From positions 1 through 64,000 of the forward strand of contig KE560945.1 of the NCBI GenBank assembly GCA_000442015.1: DNA of 64,000 bases, read 5' to 3'. Of the stretch, positions 10,669 through 22,885 are shown piece by piece; the first letter of the stretch is position 1; every line of letters starts with the position of its first letter. The position numbers were made by a program, and so were the translations under genes. The notes under the pieces were generated by a model. The model was not told where the DNA came from. It ran no database searches and worked only from the letters and a program-made list of their open reading frames with translations. The DNA is from Rozella allomycis CSF55. Lineage: Eukaryota.

Positions 10669-12307
10669 ATGAATGAAGCTACGCTGCAAAATACAGACGA
10701 AAAGATATCAATGGCAATGTTTGAAAGAATATCCAGGCTAACAAAAGTTTTGACATTTTATTACGAATATTTTGAAGGTAATACAAAATAGCCAATTCAA
10801 TATTAGAGATTAGCGAATTAAATAAGGCTGTGATAAAAACATATATTAAATTATCTAGACTAACTGAAGTAAGAATGGAACAAGGTATACACAACTTAAT
10901 TACATATAAAGAGATCCCTCCAATGACAATTCTGGTGTCTTCATCTTTAAAAACAGCCCATGGGCTAAGTGAATTGTATTCAAAATATCAAACCACGATA
11001 AACACATCAATTATTCAGAAAATAAAGGAGCACATTAATTATTTATCAAAAACAGAAAAGGTACATAATGTTAAAGATGATGAGTAATAGTTCCTTAAAG
11101 ATAAAGTAGAAAAGAATGATGCTAACAGGATAAAGCAGAAAGATATTTTGCATAACCAAATCGAGGCTCATGAAAACGTTATTGAAACCGCCTTGAAAAG
11201 ACGTGAGAATGACGCAGCCATCTTACAAGATCCATGGCTAAGTGAACAATCTCTTTTATTTACCGTGTCCAAGTATGTCAAAGAAGAAAACAATTACCGG
11301 AAAGAATTAAGAGATTCGATGACGCTTATCATGGAACTAGATAAGTCCATTACGGAAGATTTACAGAAACTTTTGGTACTTTACACAACAGAAACAGCGC
11401 AGATGTCTACACAAGCTGACGTAAATAGCTTGTTTAATTGTAAAAGGAAATAATTAAAGCACTTGCAAGAGCAAGCGTGAGTGTTAATCCAACACAGGAT
11501 ATTGAATTTACACTGAAATCAACAAACTTGAGCGTTGAAGAAATTCAAAATCCAAATTATCAAGTTCATCTTGAAGACATGACCAAAGAGGTTCTTCATT
11601 CTCTTGTCATTCGTCAGCCAAAATTGCAACCCGATCAAAACGGTGGGAATTCGCCTATCAGTTCAAGAAGATTGCACAAAATTTTAAAAACTGGAATCCT
11701 TCAAAGGCCAGGTAGGATAAGAAAGTCTAAATTCAAACCTTCATTCTTTATTTTGACAGAGTCTGGTTACCTTCATGTATACGATGTCAATTTGTTTCCC
11801 AGACCTTCAGGATTAAACAAAAATGATTATTCTTATATAAGCGCAACATGCAGCACAAGTTATGAGTCTCTTGCACAGCCTAAATCCAGCATTTGTTTAA
11901 CTTATTGTCACTTGCAAATTGTGGATGCAGTTAATTTTGTTTTTGAAATAATCCCAAGAAATTCAAGTTCATTTTTTAACTTTTCTGATAACAAGCACAC
12001 TTTAAAGGCAGTTACTGAAGAAGAAATGGTAGACTGGTGTGTGATTCTGAAAACCAAATGCGCAAAGCACGCTGCCACACAAATACCTCAAAGTCAGAAC
12101 AATATTTCTACCCCTCCAGATGAAGATGGAAACTTGGAACAAAGTACACAGAGTTTAAAGATAGATGACAATGAAGATCAATTTCGTCAGGAAGATGAGA
12201 AAGTGCAGATTCCGATCGTTACAAATGATGTTGTTGTGATAAATAATTCTATCATACCAGAATCGGAATCAAATGTACCCGCGCCCAGCTTTAATCCCTG
12301 GGGTTAA
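10669..12307 (+). CDS. Coiled-coil (BAR-like) plus PH-domain protein, Slm1-like, multi-exon
   Basis: Helical N-terminus with 'QDPWL..EENNY'. PH domain 'KTGILQR..FKPSFFILTESGYLHVY...HTLKAVTEEEMVDW'. Confidence 0.7.
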
Positions 12308-12441
12308 ATAAATTTTTGCTTCCTTTACGTACAATATTAGTTAATGAGAAGAGTTCTAATGCCCATGAGGAGATACGCAAATATATCAGAATTATTAAAT
12401 CTAACGAATTTATTGTAATTACATATATCATACACATATTT

Positions 12442-14075
12442 TTATCGAATTCTTGAAAATTCATCCAAGAGTGATCTCTGAACTTTAGTTCCGTTCCTTT
12501 TATCGAAAATGTTCCAAAATCGCAAAGTTTCGTCTCCTGCTCCAGTAACTACCGTTTGTCCGTCTGGTGACATGGCTAAATACAAGACGCGAGATGTATG
12601 GCCCGTCAGAGTCGCTAGTTGCGTCATGCTAGGGTATTTCCACACCGTCACTTGATTCTGGGAATAACCATGTGTCGAAACGATCTCGTTTGAATTTTTG
12701 GACCACGCCAAATTACAAACCTTTGTAAATAGTACACATTAGTTACTTGTGATCCGGTATCAATAGCGTTAATCGATGATCCAGTAATCGTATTCCAGAA
12801 CCTTATATGCCTATCGGCTGTACCACCACCACTGGCAAGCAGCCCAGGCTTCATTATGTTTCCAATGCCATATTACTTGATGTGGAGACCAATCAATTGC
12901 CTTCACAGCTGCTTTATGATCACTAAATTTGTAAAGAGGTTTTTCATTTAGTTTATCCCACACTAGCAACTTATTATCATTTCCACCAGAAGCTAGCTGC
13001 TGATTATGAACATTCCATTTCAAACCGCAAATCTATTATGATTTTAACTGGCTCTTACTTCCTGCTTATGTCCAGTCACCTTTTTTACAAAAGCATCCGC
13101 GCTTCTGACGTCTCGATGAATAATATTCTTGTCTCTACTCCCGGTTGTTAAAATATTGGAATTCCATGTCATGGACCCTATATTTTTGAAAGTAGCCATT
13201 GTTACCAACTCTTGACACATGACCGGTTAATGCTCTAACTCGCTTTTGTTTCTGTACATCCCATAACTGGACCCATCCTTCCATTGTTCCTATTGCAAGA
13301 TGTGACCCAGTGTTCATCCAAGACAAAGATGCAACAGTATCAAATGCACCGAGATCACAAAGTTTCGATACTTTGCATGTTGCAGCGCTCCATAAATACA
13401 CACAATTTCCTAATCCAACCGCCATCACATTCTGAGAAGACCAGTCCACAAGGTTTAAATAAAAATCATCCTATTTGGTGGTATATAACATTCTACTTGC
13501 AGTTCAGGCGCGTCAAGTACTTTGAATGGCGTCTTTGAAATAAACCTCTGATTCTTCATTGGCGAAGATAAAATCGCTTGCCCTTTGGAGCTGATTGGAG
13601 ACATTGTGTAGAAATGCTTCATCGGAGAATCATTTTTTAAAATATCTGTCGTTGTTTCAGAGTATTGGAATAGTTTTTTTCGCACTGATGATGTTGCAAT
13701 ATTTATGTCCGTGGCGAATTTTCTATTTGGGGTTGAGGGATCTTCTTTAGATACTAGTTCGCTTTGAAGCAGCGACATGTAAACATTTTCTTCTACTTGC
13801 ATAATTCAATGCATACCTCTTTGATTTTTTTGATCTTTCATATGAATTTCCAAAGAATTGAATTCGTATTTTCCCGCCAGATCGTCTTCTAGTGATGGGA
13901 TAAACCATAAAATGACCATTAATGCTAATTACCTATCAGCGCACAGCTTTTTTGCTGAAGATCTAATGGGAGAATAAATGTCTCTTGCCCGATCTTTTTT
14001 TGGGGTTGTTGGTATTTGCATCGGACGGAAAGGTAAACAATAACGTTGCAAAACATTATATGAATACAAGGACAT
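12442..14075 (-). CDS. CDH1: APC/C co-activator Cdh1/Fzr (WD40), multi-exon
   Basis: C-box DR|FIPS split by an intron, '[10 protein letters not shown]', 'LASGGNDN', '[14 protein letters not shown]', 'STHGYSQNQ', '[10 protein letters not shown]' and a C-terminal IR tail. Confidence 0.92.
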
Positions 14076-14137
14076 AGATAATGAAATGCAAAATTTATTG
14101 CAATAATCTTTTAATGCGACTTTATTTGATTTATAAA

Positions 14138-16179
14138 TTAGTTGTTTAATGTCATAATATTAGAAATGAAAGCTAGCAGACTATCATTGGTCCAGTAGCT
14201 ACTGTGAGCTGAAATAGAGTTTAAGTATTGATTATATATAATTGAGGAGCTACTACAAAATTGATAATCGACGCGTCCGTAATTGTTGAACTTGAAGAGA
14301 GTAGAAATCGGCGCTTCCTCGGGGTAGACTTTATTGTCGCCATCCTTATCGATTTCTTTTATTGGTTCCAATGTTTGAGAGTGTTTAATTATAATTTTGC
14401 AGTGAGACTTTGCAGCTGAGTTTGATCGAGTCTAAATGAAATTTTACATTTAATTTTACCCTTGAAAGACTTCTTCCTTGAGCGCAAGGCAAAAGACTAG
14501 CTGGTTCGTCTTTAGCCTCCCTGCAAAACAAAGGCTCCAGTCGATAGGCTACAGGATCATTGATATCTGCAAAATTGAATATATTCTTGCAGCTTAAAAT
14601 AGCTATTTTTTCCATGTCTTGGTTGGGTAAATCTTTTATCAATTTGTGCGTTTCTGTATCATTGCCGCCCAAAACTGTTAAGCCCTTCAACAAAATAAAT
14701 ACACCCAAGGGAGATCCAATCGCAAAAACATTTTCAACGGGAAATTTTAAAGTCTGTGAGCTTTCTGGTGCTTTGGAAAAGAACGGTGTAGGCATCCAAT
14801 CTGCAAGAATGTTCAAAAAGGATTCGCGACTTCCCTGAGATTCAAGTGTTTTAATCTTTTGGTTAGTCACAATGTCGAAAGTGATAACAGATCCCAATGA
14901 ATGCGACAAAAATGATATTTTTCCTTTAAAATGCGGATTTGCTTTTACAAACAAATCATACAAGTTATTCAATTGTTCTGTGGCCGTATCAACAATAACA
15001 GAAGAATAAGCAGGACTCATGTAGAGCAATACGTCCAACAGTATTTCTGAAAACAGACCACGCACTTTCGGTATAGTTCGAAGCGATATATCATTCAATA
15101 AACTTTCAAACTTTTCGCTTTCTTGGTGACTTCTGATGGTATCCTCGACATTTATATTGATTCTTGTTCGCCATTCTATCGGTAGAACCATAAATTTCTT
15201 CTTTGGATCTTTGGCTAATCCGTCAAAAGTGGAACGTAGCATATCCGCGATAGAGAATACATCTCCATCTTTTTTAATATATCTTTTTTGTCCAATCCTA
15301 TTTAAATTTTTATGTTATTGGATACCCGTGTACGACAAACAGCAGGTTTGAATATTCACAAGATTCATTCTGAGCTGAATATTCACCGACCGCAATGGAT
15401 CTTACATAATTAGAATATTTTTCTGAAATAGGGTTATTCAAAAGTTTGATCTGATTATTATATTTGTTGGCGGTTTCTCTGAATCTGTTCATTCCTCTAC
15501 AGAATTTGTAACTTGGAATCTTTATTGACTTTGAAATGGGTAAAAAATCAAAAAAAGACTTTGCAATTTTAATGGTGCCATTTTTATCATGAACGTAAGC
15601 CCTTTCCCTTCTTCCAGCAATAAAATGCACTTTCATGAAAGAGAATTCATCTTCAAAATCCATTTCCACAAAAGAAAACTTTTTGCTCTTCCGAAATATA
15701 TTTTTATTCGAGATCTTTTCACTCTTGTCATCACCTTCTGGCTCGTCCATTATTTCCTCTGTTGACGTAATAAAATGTTCATGCTGTTTATAAGAACCTT
15801 CTAAAAGCACTTCAAGATTTGAAGGGCAAGGTATAATACATGTATCTCCTTTGAAAAACCATTTTGACCTATTTCAAACTAATGAATATGCATACCTTCG
15901 CACTTCGTAGTAGTGGCCTTCCCAGTAATAAGGTTTCATAATCATCAAATCTAAGTCAACTTGGAAAAGTTTGTGATCTAAAACTAGTATATTTTCTTTG
16001 GTCTCAGTTGCTTCTTGCGTTGAATTCTTCTTTCTATAACCTTCTTCTAAAGAAAGATAATCTGTATAGCTAAAGGGCAGCCATTTTTGTGGTTGGGAAG
16101 CTCTAAATGATTTAAACGAGTCATAAAGTATTTCAGATTTCTTTTCTTCAATAGAATAGAACCACCACGATAAAATCAT
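14138..16179 (-). CDS. DDHD-domain intracellular phospholipase A1 (Ddl1/DDHD/SEC23IP family), multi-exon
   Basis: 'LFVVHG|IG', 'LPIEWR', lipase 'SHSLGS', 'DPVAYRLEP', 'GRVDY' and 'AHSSYW' motifs. Confidence 0.88.
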
Positions 16180-16710
16180 TTGACTTAGCCACCTAGTTAG
16201 AGTTAATTATAGCGTTGTGATTAAAACATATCAACAAAATCAACAAAATTTGTTTTATTAAGGTTACCTTTAGAATGATTATTATGGATCTGCCTTGTCC
16301 AAATAGGTGATATGGCCCAAACATCATCAATTANTAGGTAATATGGCCCAAACATCATCAATTACCTTTGAGCAAAACATTTAAAAATATTTAACAGGTG
16401 GAGAGCTCATACGCGGCGTTCTTACACTTTGTGTACTACATGATTAAATTCGTTTATGAAAATCTGGAACACAGAACACACGGATGAAATGAAATTGCTA
16501 CATATTCGATGTCACGATTTAACTGCACATGTCGTTGAACTGGTTGCTTTGAAAACCTGTAACTTTTTCTTTATAGTATAAGTAAATATACTTACTTGCC
16601 AGCGATATTATATTTCCGGGCACTTTACTGACGAAGAAATTCAAATGGAGTTTTTCACGATAAAACGTCAAAATTTATTATATATTTGATGGAGTTTATA
16701 CCCGAAGGTA

Positions 16711-17820
16711 TCATGATCTCGCAGCGTTTTGGGCCATGCGGTCTGCTTTGTCATTCCAAAAACTCTCCCAATTTTTCTTTTTCGTATGTGATCTTACATG
16801 CTGCCAAATTATTATTCTCTTTCCGATAACTTGTACTAGCTCTATCAGTAAATCCTTGTTTAAAACAGGTAGGCCGTCTGCCTTTTTCCAATCTCTTTTC
16901 ATCCATTCAGTTACCCATGCAGTCATCGATCGTATCAATAGCATAGAGTCGGTGTATATGTATAAAGTTTTTGATTGTGATGGATCTTCTTTGTTGGCTC
17001 GTTTAATCGCCTCTATTGCAGCCAAATACTCTGCCCGATTGTTTGTTTTCTTTCCCCCTGAAAGTTTGGCAGATGTATTCCAATTTTCGTTGTGTGGAAA
17101 TACAGCAGCCCAGCCAGCTTTACAATAAAAGGAGCCGTTAGAAATAGCACTACCGTCTGTAAAACAAACTAATGTTTCCCTATCCTGAGGATTGGGGTCT
17201 CCGGCTTGCCTAAATGGTTTCATGTTAACTCGAAGGATGTCTAGTTTCGGGTCTAAATCTTCCTGTGTATTCATTGATTCTTTCTTGTTTTGATTTACAA
17301 ACTCCTCTGCCTCCTTCAGTGTTTTAAACTTGCGAAACCTTGCATTTGGGAATCCTTTAATTTCCTTTTCTGCATCTTTCCAGGTTCTATATATACCCGG
17401 AGTTTTTCCAATCGCTACAGCATAAAATGGCATTTCTATAGAATCATTGTTACGCGATATAAGCTCATAAACTGGCTTTGAGTGAAAATTTTGACATGTT
17501 ATCTCTTTTTCTGGTTTCCTATAAATTTCTGTAGTCTTTCTATTTGCTATTGCAAAATTCTCCTCTTCGGATGATTCTACTGTTGCTCTTTGTTCAAGAG
17601 TTGACTCCTTTATTATTATTTTAAAATTATGATTGTCTTTTTGAACTTTGTGACATATTATTTCGGGAGGTTTATGACGATTAACGAATTCAGCGGCTTG
17701 TTCTTTTAGTCTAAATTTCTGAAACTTTGCGTTCGGATATCCTTTAACTTCTTTTTCGCAATCACACCAGTTTGAATATATGCCTGGATTTCTTCCCACC
17801 GCCACAGCATAGTAGGACAT
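16711..17820 (-). CDS. RNH1: Ribonuclease H1 with two N-terminal hybrid-binding (Cauli_VI) domains; intronless
   Basis: Two copies of 'YAVA.G..PGIY..W....KE.KG.PNA.F.KF'. Catalytic domain motifs FTDGS, TNNRAE, YTDS, HVRSH and NDKADRMA. Confidence 0.92.
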   Translation of the reverse strand: MSYYAVAVGRNPGIYSNWCDCEKEVKGYPNAKFQKFRLKEQAAEFVNRHKPPEIICHKVQKDNHNFKIIIKESTLEQRATVESSEEENFAIANRKTTEIYRKPEKEITCQNFHSKPVYELISRNNDSIEMPFYAVAIGKTPGIYRTWKDAEKEIKGFPNARFRKFKTLKEAEEFVNQNKKESMNTQEDLDPKLDILRVNMKPFRQAGDPNPQDRETLVCFTDGSAISNGSFYCKAGWAAVFPHNENWNTSAKLSGGKKTNNRAEYLAAIEAIKRANKEDPSQSKTLYIYTDSMLLIRSMTAWVTEWMKRDWKKADGLPVLNKDLLIELVQVIGKRIIIWQHVRSHTKKKNWESFWNDKADRMAQNAARS

Positions 17821-17837
17821 CTTTTGGGATAAAGAAN

Positions 17838-18334
17838 TACGAGCCTTGTAATAATGATGGATGGGTCAAAGTTTCTATGGATAATAATATTGATAACGTC
17901 AATTTAGTGTCCACTGCAAACAATTGCGAAGAAGATTTTCAAAATTTATTGTCGTTCTTGAAAAGCAAAGTAATTTAGATCATAACCAAAAGGCATCCTT
18001 AATTGAACTTTGTACAAAATATCGGCAGGCATTTGTTCGTTCTGATAGTCAATCATCTGTTTGTAAAGTTGGTAAATATCATATTAATACGGGCGAACAT
18101 AATCCAATCAGAAGCCCACCATATCGTGCTTCTCCAGCTGAACGAGAAATTATTGCATCAGTGGTAAAAAAAGGATTGGATGCAGGTGTAATTAGTCCTT
18201 CGGATAGTCCTTGGCGATCTCCAGTGTTGGTAGTACCGAAAACAGATGGAAGTCCTTGAATGTGTATAGATTACAGAAGACTAAATAATATTACAATTCA
18301 AGATGCTTATCCTTTATCTAGAATTGACGATTCA
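17838..18334 (+). mobile_element. Degenerate Ty3/Gypsy LTR-retrotransposon pol fragment (start of the RT domain)
   Basis: '[67 protein letters not shown]'. In-frame TGA at 18257-18259; sequence ends after RIDD. Confidence 0.9.
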
Positions 18335-18352
18335 GAAGAAAAATAAACTTTA

Positions 18353-19432
18353 TTAAACTAATTTTACACCTTGGCATATTTGAATGATTCCGATAACGAC
18401 TTCGCATAAAACCAAAACAATTATTATCCATTCCAATTTTTCAACTAATAAATGAGTTCAAAGTAACAATTACAATGGAAACTTGTTAGGTGCTCTCTAA
18501 ATATCCCAAGCATATCACCAAGGACTTCACACCTTTGATTAAGAATTGATATTCTCTGTGAAATTTCAAGGTAACCTTACGTTAAGGATGTTTTTATAAT
18601 CAACCTCTGATATGCTGATATAGATTTTGACCGTTTGGCTCCTGCCAAAAGATTTCAGGCACGTCCAGAACATTTGAAACTAAATTCACATTCATTCTCA
18701 TCGCATAAAGTTGTCCGATTTTGGATGTTATTGTTTTCCTAAAATAGGAATAGTCACACAGTACCTCTCCATTGTGATATTTCCTTCACGCATTAATTCT
18801 AACGGTATAGATCTGTTAGATTCGATTACATAATCCATTTTCTTTTCAAATAAAGATAGTTTAGATGATTGGGCTAAAGCATGCGAAGCAGCAAGTTTTG
18901 AGATGAAGTTACCATCGCCGAGTTGTATAACATCGTCTGAAATCTTTACCGTTTCCCCAGGTTTAATAAAATATTTGTAGCTTTCAGAATATCTTTCACT
19001 TGAAGATATCGATTCTACTTCAAAGCCTGAAATGTGACTCAATATTAAATTTTCTTCTTGGGCGCTACAATTCCAGAAAACAACAACACCATATTCAAAA
19101 AAGAATAAATCGCAGGGATTATGACATGAAGGCATCAAATAATGAGTATATATAACATCATAAAATTGTTTTGGATATGTCTTTCTCTCTTGTTTAAGCC
19201 CGTCAAGCCAATTAATTAGTTCGTATGTTTTGTAAGAGCTAATTAGAAAATGGGATGTAAATTACTTTGAAGTACAATATACGCTAAGTCTAGATAAATA
19301 ATCCAGATGTGTGGGAGAAATATGATCTTCACTTTCAGGAATCGTTTCAATCAATTCAACTATTTTCTTTTTATATACAATAGGTGAACACAAATGATGA
19401 TCCTCATTGCCAACATAATTATTTTCTTTCAT
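18353..19432 (-). CDS. RMD1/Sif2 family (DUF155) protein, multi-exon
   Basis: 'DLFFFEYGVVVFWN', 'SHALAQSSKLSLFE', 'LDVPEIFW', 'YLEISQRISILNQRC' and a C-terminal TM segment 'LEWIIIVL'. Confidence 0.85.
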
Positions 19433-19482
19433 AAATGTAAACAAACATAAAACATTTAACTGAGTGGCTAAGTGAAAGAAGA

Positions 19483-20112
19483 ATGGCAAGGCCTAAATTT
19501 GCCTGTATTTGCGCAAACAATCAGAATCGTTCCATGGAGGCTCATTATGTCTTGAAGTAAAATTTTAAATATTCTCATTAAAGTAAACACGGGTTTGATG
19601 TTTGCTCATTTGGGACAGGTGCAAAAGTTAAGCTCCCTGGGCCTTCTATAGACAGGCCTAACATATATGATTTTGGAACACCATATACGGATATGTACGA
19701 AGAACTGAAGCGTCAAGACTCTGATCTGTAATCAAATAGAGTAATATGGCATAGATATGTTCAGAATGGTGTATATTACATGCTCGAACGGAATATGAAA
19801 ATAAAGAAAGCCCCAGAAAGATTCCAAGATTCAAAGAAAATTTTAGATTTCCTGATAACTTGTGAAGAGAGATGCTACAATGCCGTAGTGGAAGAATTGA
19901 CCAAACGGGGAGGGACGGAAGGTATTCCTGTCCACGTTTTTAACTTTGACATACCGGATACCAATGAAGACGCAGCCATTGGTGCTAGAGCTATAAAGGA
20001 CTTTGCCGAGTTAATAGAGCAGAATTACAAAGACCTGGATATTGATGAGCTTGCCAAAAATTTTCAATCAAAGACTAACTTGAGGATTTTGTACACCCTT
20101 TCATTTTATTGA
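19483..20112 (+). CDS. SSU72: RNA polymerase II CTD phosphatase Ssu72, multi-exon
   Basis: 'CANNQNRSMEAH' CX5R active site, 'GTGAKVKLPGPS', 'ITCEERCY' and 'DTNEDAAIGA'. Confidence 0.93.
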
Positions 20113-20221
20113 ATAAATAGTTTTAGTTAAATTATATTCGCTGTGATATTTGAAATAATCCGATGATGATTTACCAAGCACGAAATAAGGTTTCGTTTTT
20201 AACTTTTTCTTATTTTTGAAA

Positions 20222-20970
20222 ATGAATTGGTTGATAGACGAAAAATATGAGAAAGATTTCCAAAGATGGGGAAGATATTCGAATGTTAAATGTATAATCT
20301 TTTATTTTCACTATTAAGATGTAAAGAATCCCCAGACGGTAAATTGATTTTTCTCTTGTAACATATGACGATATCAATTCCAAAACTTGCATATTCATTA
20401 AAAATAATTGAGAAGTAAATGATTTTATGAATTGTTACAGAATAAATGAAAACGCAAAGGCTCATCAACGGCCAAAAAATTCCAAGAGATTCTATATTGC
20501 TTGCCCACTGGAAATATGCCCGATCATGAATCAGAGTACGACTAGATATAAAGAATTATGAATAGTTTATCCGGAAGAAAGTGTTATACCGTATAATTCT
20601 ATATTCAATGCGTTTGACTTGTTTCTAAAATTTGCTGGAACAGAAGTTGCACTCCTGTCAATGGTAAGGTTTTCAGCAAATTTGTAGCAAAGGAAAATAA
20701 TGATTGGGATTCTCTCTTCAATGGCATTATTGAAAGAATGAATATTTCTTATCCAATGACTAAGAATACAAAACAAGGTGACATGATTAGTGATACAATA
20801 TAGAACAATGTATAATACAGTCAACTTACAAGAACATTCAAGCCTTTATTGACGACTTAGACGATGACACTTTATCAAATTGCGGGTTCAACGCTAAATT
20901 GATAAATGAACTTCAGGGCTGGAAAAGAGAGTTCAAAGAATGGGTCAAAGCGAACAAATTTAATATTTAA
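20222..20970 (+). CDS. Hypothetical multi-exon protein (about 200 aa); 5' structure uncertain
   Basis: Removing 26-30 nt introns gives a continuous frame ending ...NIQAFIDDLDDDTLSNCGFNAKLINELQGWKREFKEWVKANKFNI*, followed by AATAAA. Confidence 0.5.
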
Positions 20971-21163
20971 ATAAATTATTTTTTATTGATCAATGCGTGC
21001 ATTAAAAATTAATAATGACAGAAGTCACAGAACAAGTAACTTAAGTGACATTTTTTGAGTGGTGCGGGGAATGATGATCCTGGATGTAGATGTCGAAACG
21101 GTATGTTTGATTATATAATAAATGTTTCTTTCAGGAATACACTGGATTAAAATTATTGTTTAT

Positions 21164-22885
21164 TTAAAGATTCAACCTCAAATCTGGAAGCGCCGCAGCG
21201 ATTTCCCTTTTACGTTCAGCAGATAACTTTTGGTAAACCAATTTTAAAGCAACACTTGTTCTTATGCCATAATGAGTGTTTATGATTTGAATGTGTTTTA
21301 CTGGAAGCGAAGTGAAAAGAGCGCAAAGCAGTTCATTGTATACTTGAACGTCAAGTTTTTCACAAATTTTAAGAAATGTAGATCCAACGGCGGCACAAAG
21401 TTGTCTGATATCATTGTTTGGTTCGGGAAGGTTTGGGAAATCAAAGAAGAAAAACTTTTCGGCGAGTTCCTTGAAGAATTCGACATTACCTACTTTCTTT
21501 ATGAGTCCTTTAACAGGTCCATGATTTTGATTATTTCCAACATTTTCGTCACTGAAATTATCTATATTTTCAATATCATTTTTTAAAAAGTTCAATAGAT
21601 ATGTCAAAGAAGACACTGTCATAGGAGCAAAATCATAATAGGATTTTAAAAGCTTACGAGTAGTCTCATGAGATATTCCAGCCACAGTTCCAAGAGTAAT
21701 CATTCTTGAAGGCTCATCAAAGTCGCGGTTTTCTTTTAATAAGCATGAATTTATAAGTATTTCAATTGCGTTAAGCTCGCATGCTTTCTCATAGAAATTC
21801 TCAATAATTTTATCTGAAACAATCCTTATGAAGTTATAACGACCATCGAAAAACTTTTTAAGAAAAAAGAAATTGTCATGTTCTAAAATTCTTAAAAGTA
21901 AATTTTGATCCCAGAGTCTGGTCTCCTGTGGAACTTGATTTCGAACATATTTTAGAGTAACATATGCAGATCTCTTAACACAATCATTTAAGAGAGATTC
22001 AAAATCAATACTTTGAGGAATTGTGAGCAAAGTTTCATTTTCTAAATCAATCGCTCGATAGCCAAGACCCAAAATTTTATAAATTAGACGTCGAGGCGCT
22101 CCATCACGCGCCATTTCTGCGTCAGGGACATATCTTATGATGCACTCAATAAGATCGACAATATTTACACTGTCACTCTTCCTTAACTCTTCAAAGAGGA
22201 CTTGCATAACTTCTTTATCCCCCATACTAAAAGAATTTACGAGAAAAACATAGAACTCCGGAGATTGAATTCTATTAGTTATTCCCACAATGTGACTAGG
22301 TTTAGAAAACAAGTATTTAAGGCATCTTCTAATTATACTGCTAGGGCGATCAATCCATACGACCAAGGGATCATAAAACTCGTCGATATTAAACCAATTT
22401 TTCAATATTATCTTTTTGCGTTGATCCTTTTCATATTCATTTGTTTCCAAGATGACTTTTTGTACGATAGGCTTAATGAGTCCCTCTAAATACGCCGCAT
22501 ATTTGGTTTGGACCTCGAAGAATTTATCATTGACTAATTTAGTAACATTTGAAAGGTCTTTGGAGGCTCCCCTTAGGTTGATAAAACTCTTTACATCTAA
22601 ATATGATAAGATTTCTATAAGGATTTCAGGAGGCATCCCTTTTTTGTTTTCTAAACGTAGTTCACTGGAAGCGGGTTGTAAAGTAAACGCCATTTCATTT
22701 GGAGTTGGCATATTTTCATTAGAAGTGTCCTGTGCGGTGGCATCCATTTCCATTGAATCAGGTACGGACGCTTCTTCACTAGACATCGATTCCATCAAGT
22801 GATTTGACCTTGGCAAAGCTTTACTAACCAGCTTCGACGCAACACAAACTGAGATTATTATCGTGAGAAAAAATAAAGTCTTCAT
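21164..22885 (-). CDS. Secreted F-box protein (signal peptide + F-box + helical/ankyrin-like region); intronless
   Basis: N-terminus MKTLFFLTIIISVCVA is a classical signal peptide. F-box 'MPPEILIEILSYLDVKSFINLRGASKDL' lies near aa 84-111. Confidence 0.7.
   Translation of the reverse strand: MKTLFFLTIIISVCVASKLVSKALPRSNHLMESMSSEEASVPDSMEMDATAQDTSNENMPTPNEMAFTLQPASSELRLENKKGMPPEILIEILSYLDVKSFINLRGASKDLSNVTKLVNDKFFEVQTKYAAYLEGLIKPIVQKVILETNEYEKDQRKKIILKNWFNIDEFYDPLVVWIDRPSSIIRRCLKYLFSKPSHIVGITNRIQSPEFYVFLVNSFSMGDKEVMQVLFEELRKSDSVNIVDLIECIIRYVPDAEMARDGAPRRLIYKILGLGYRAIDLENETLLTIPQSIDFESLLNDCVKRSAYVTLKYVRNQVPQETRLWDQNLLLRILEHDNFFFLKKFFDGRYNFIRIVSDKIIENFYEKACELNAIEILINSCLLKENRDFDEPSRMITLGTVAGISHETTRKLLKSYYDFAPMTVSSLTYLLNFLKNDIENIDNFSDENVGNNQNHGPVKGLIKKVGNVEFFKELAEKFFFFDFPNLPEPNNDIRQLCAAVGSTFLKICEKLDVQVYNELLCALFTSLPVKHIQIINTHYGIRTSVALKLVYQKLSAERKREIAAALPDLRLNL

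Noticed and set aside
16304-16364. 30-bp tandem duplication with one mismatch
   Set aside because: The copies sit on either side of N16334, so this is most likely overlapping contig ends or haplotypes, an assembly artefact.
16588-16604. ATACTTACTTGCC resembling the U1 snRNA 5' end
   Set aside because: No U1 stem-loop I or II motifs or Sm site follow.
16711-18334. RNase H and RT as parts of one intact retroelement pol gene
   Set aside because: They are on opposite strands, separated by a gap. The RNase H is cellular-type with hybrid-binding domains and the RT is truncated.
21071-21150. Box C-like ATGATGA in an intergenic region
   Set aside because: No box D (CTGA) or terminal stem at a suitable distance.
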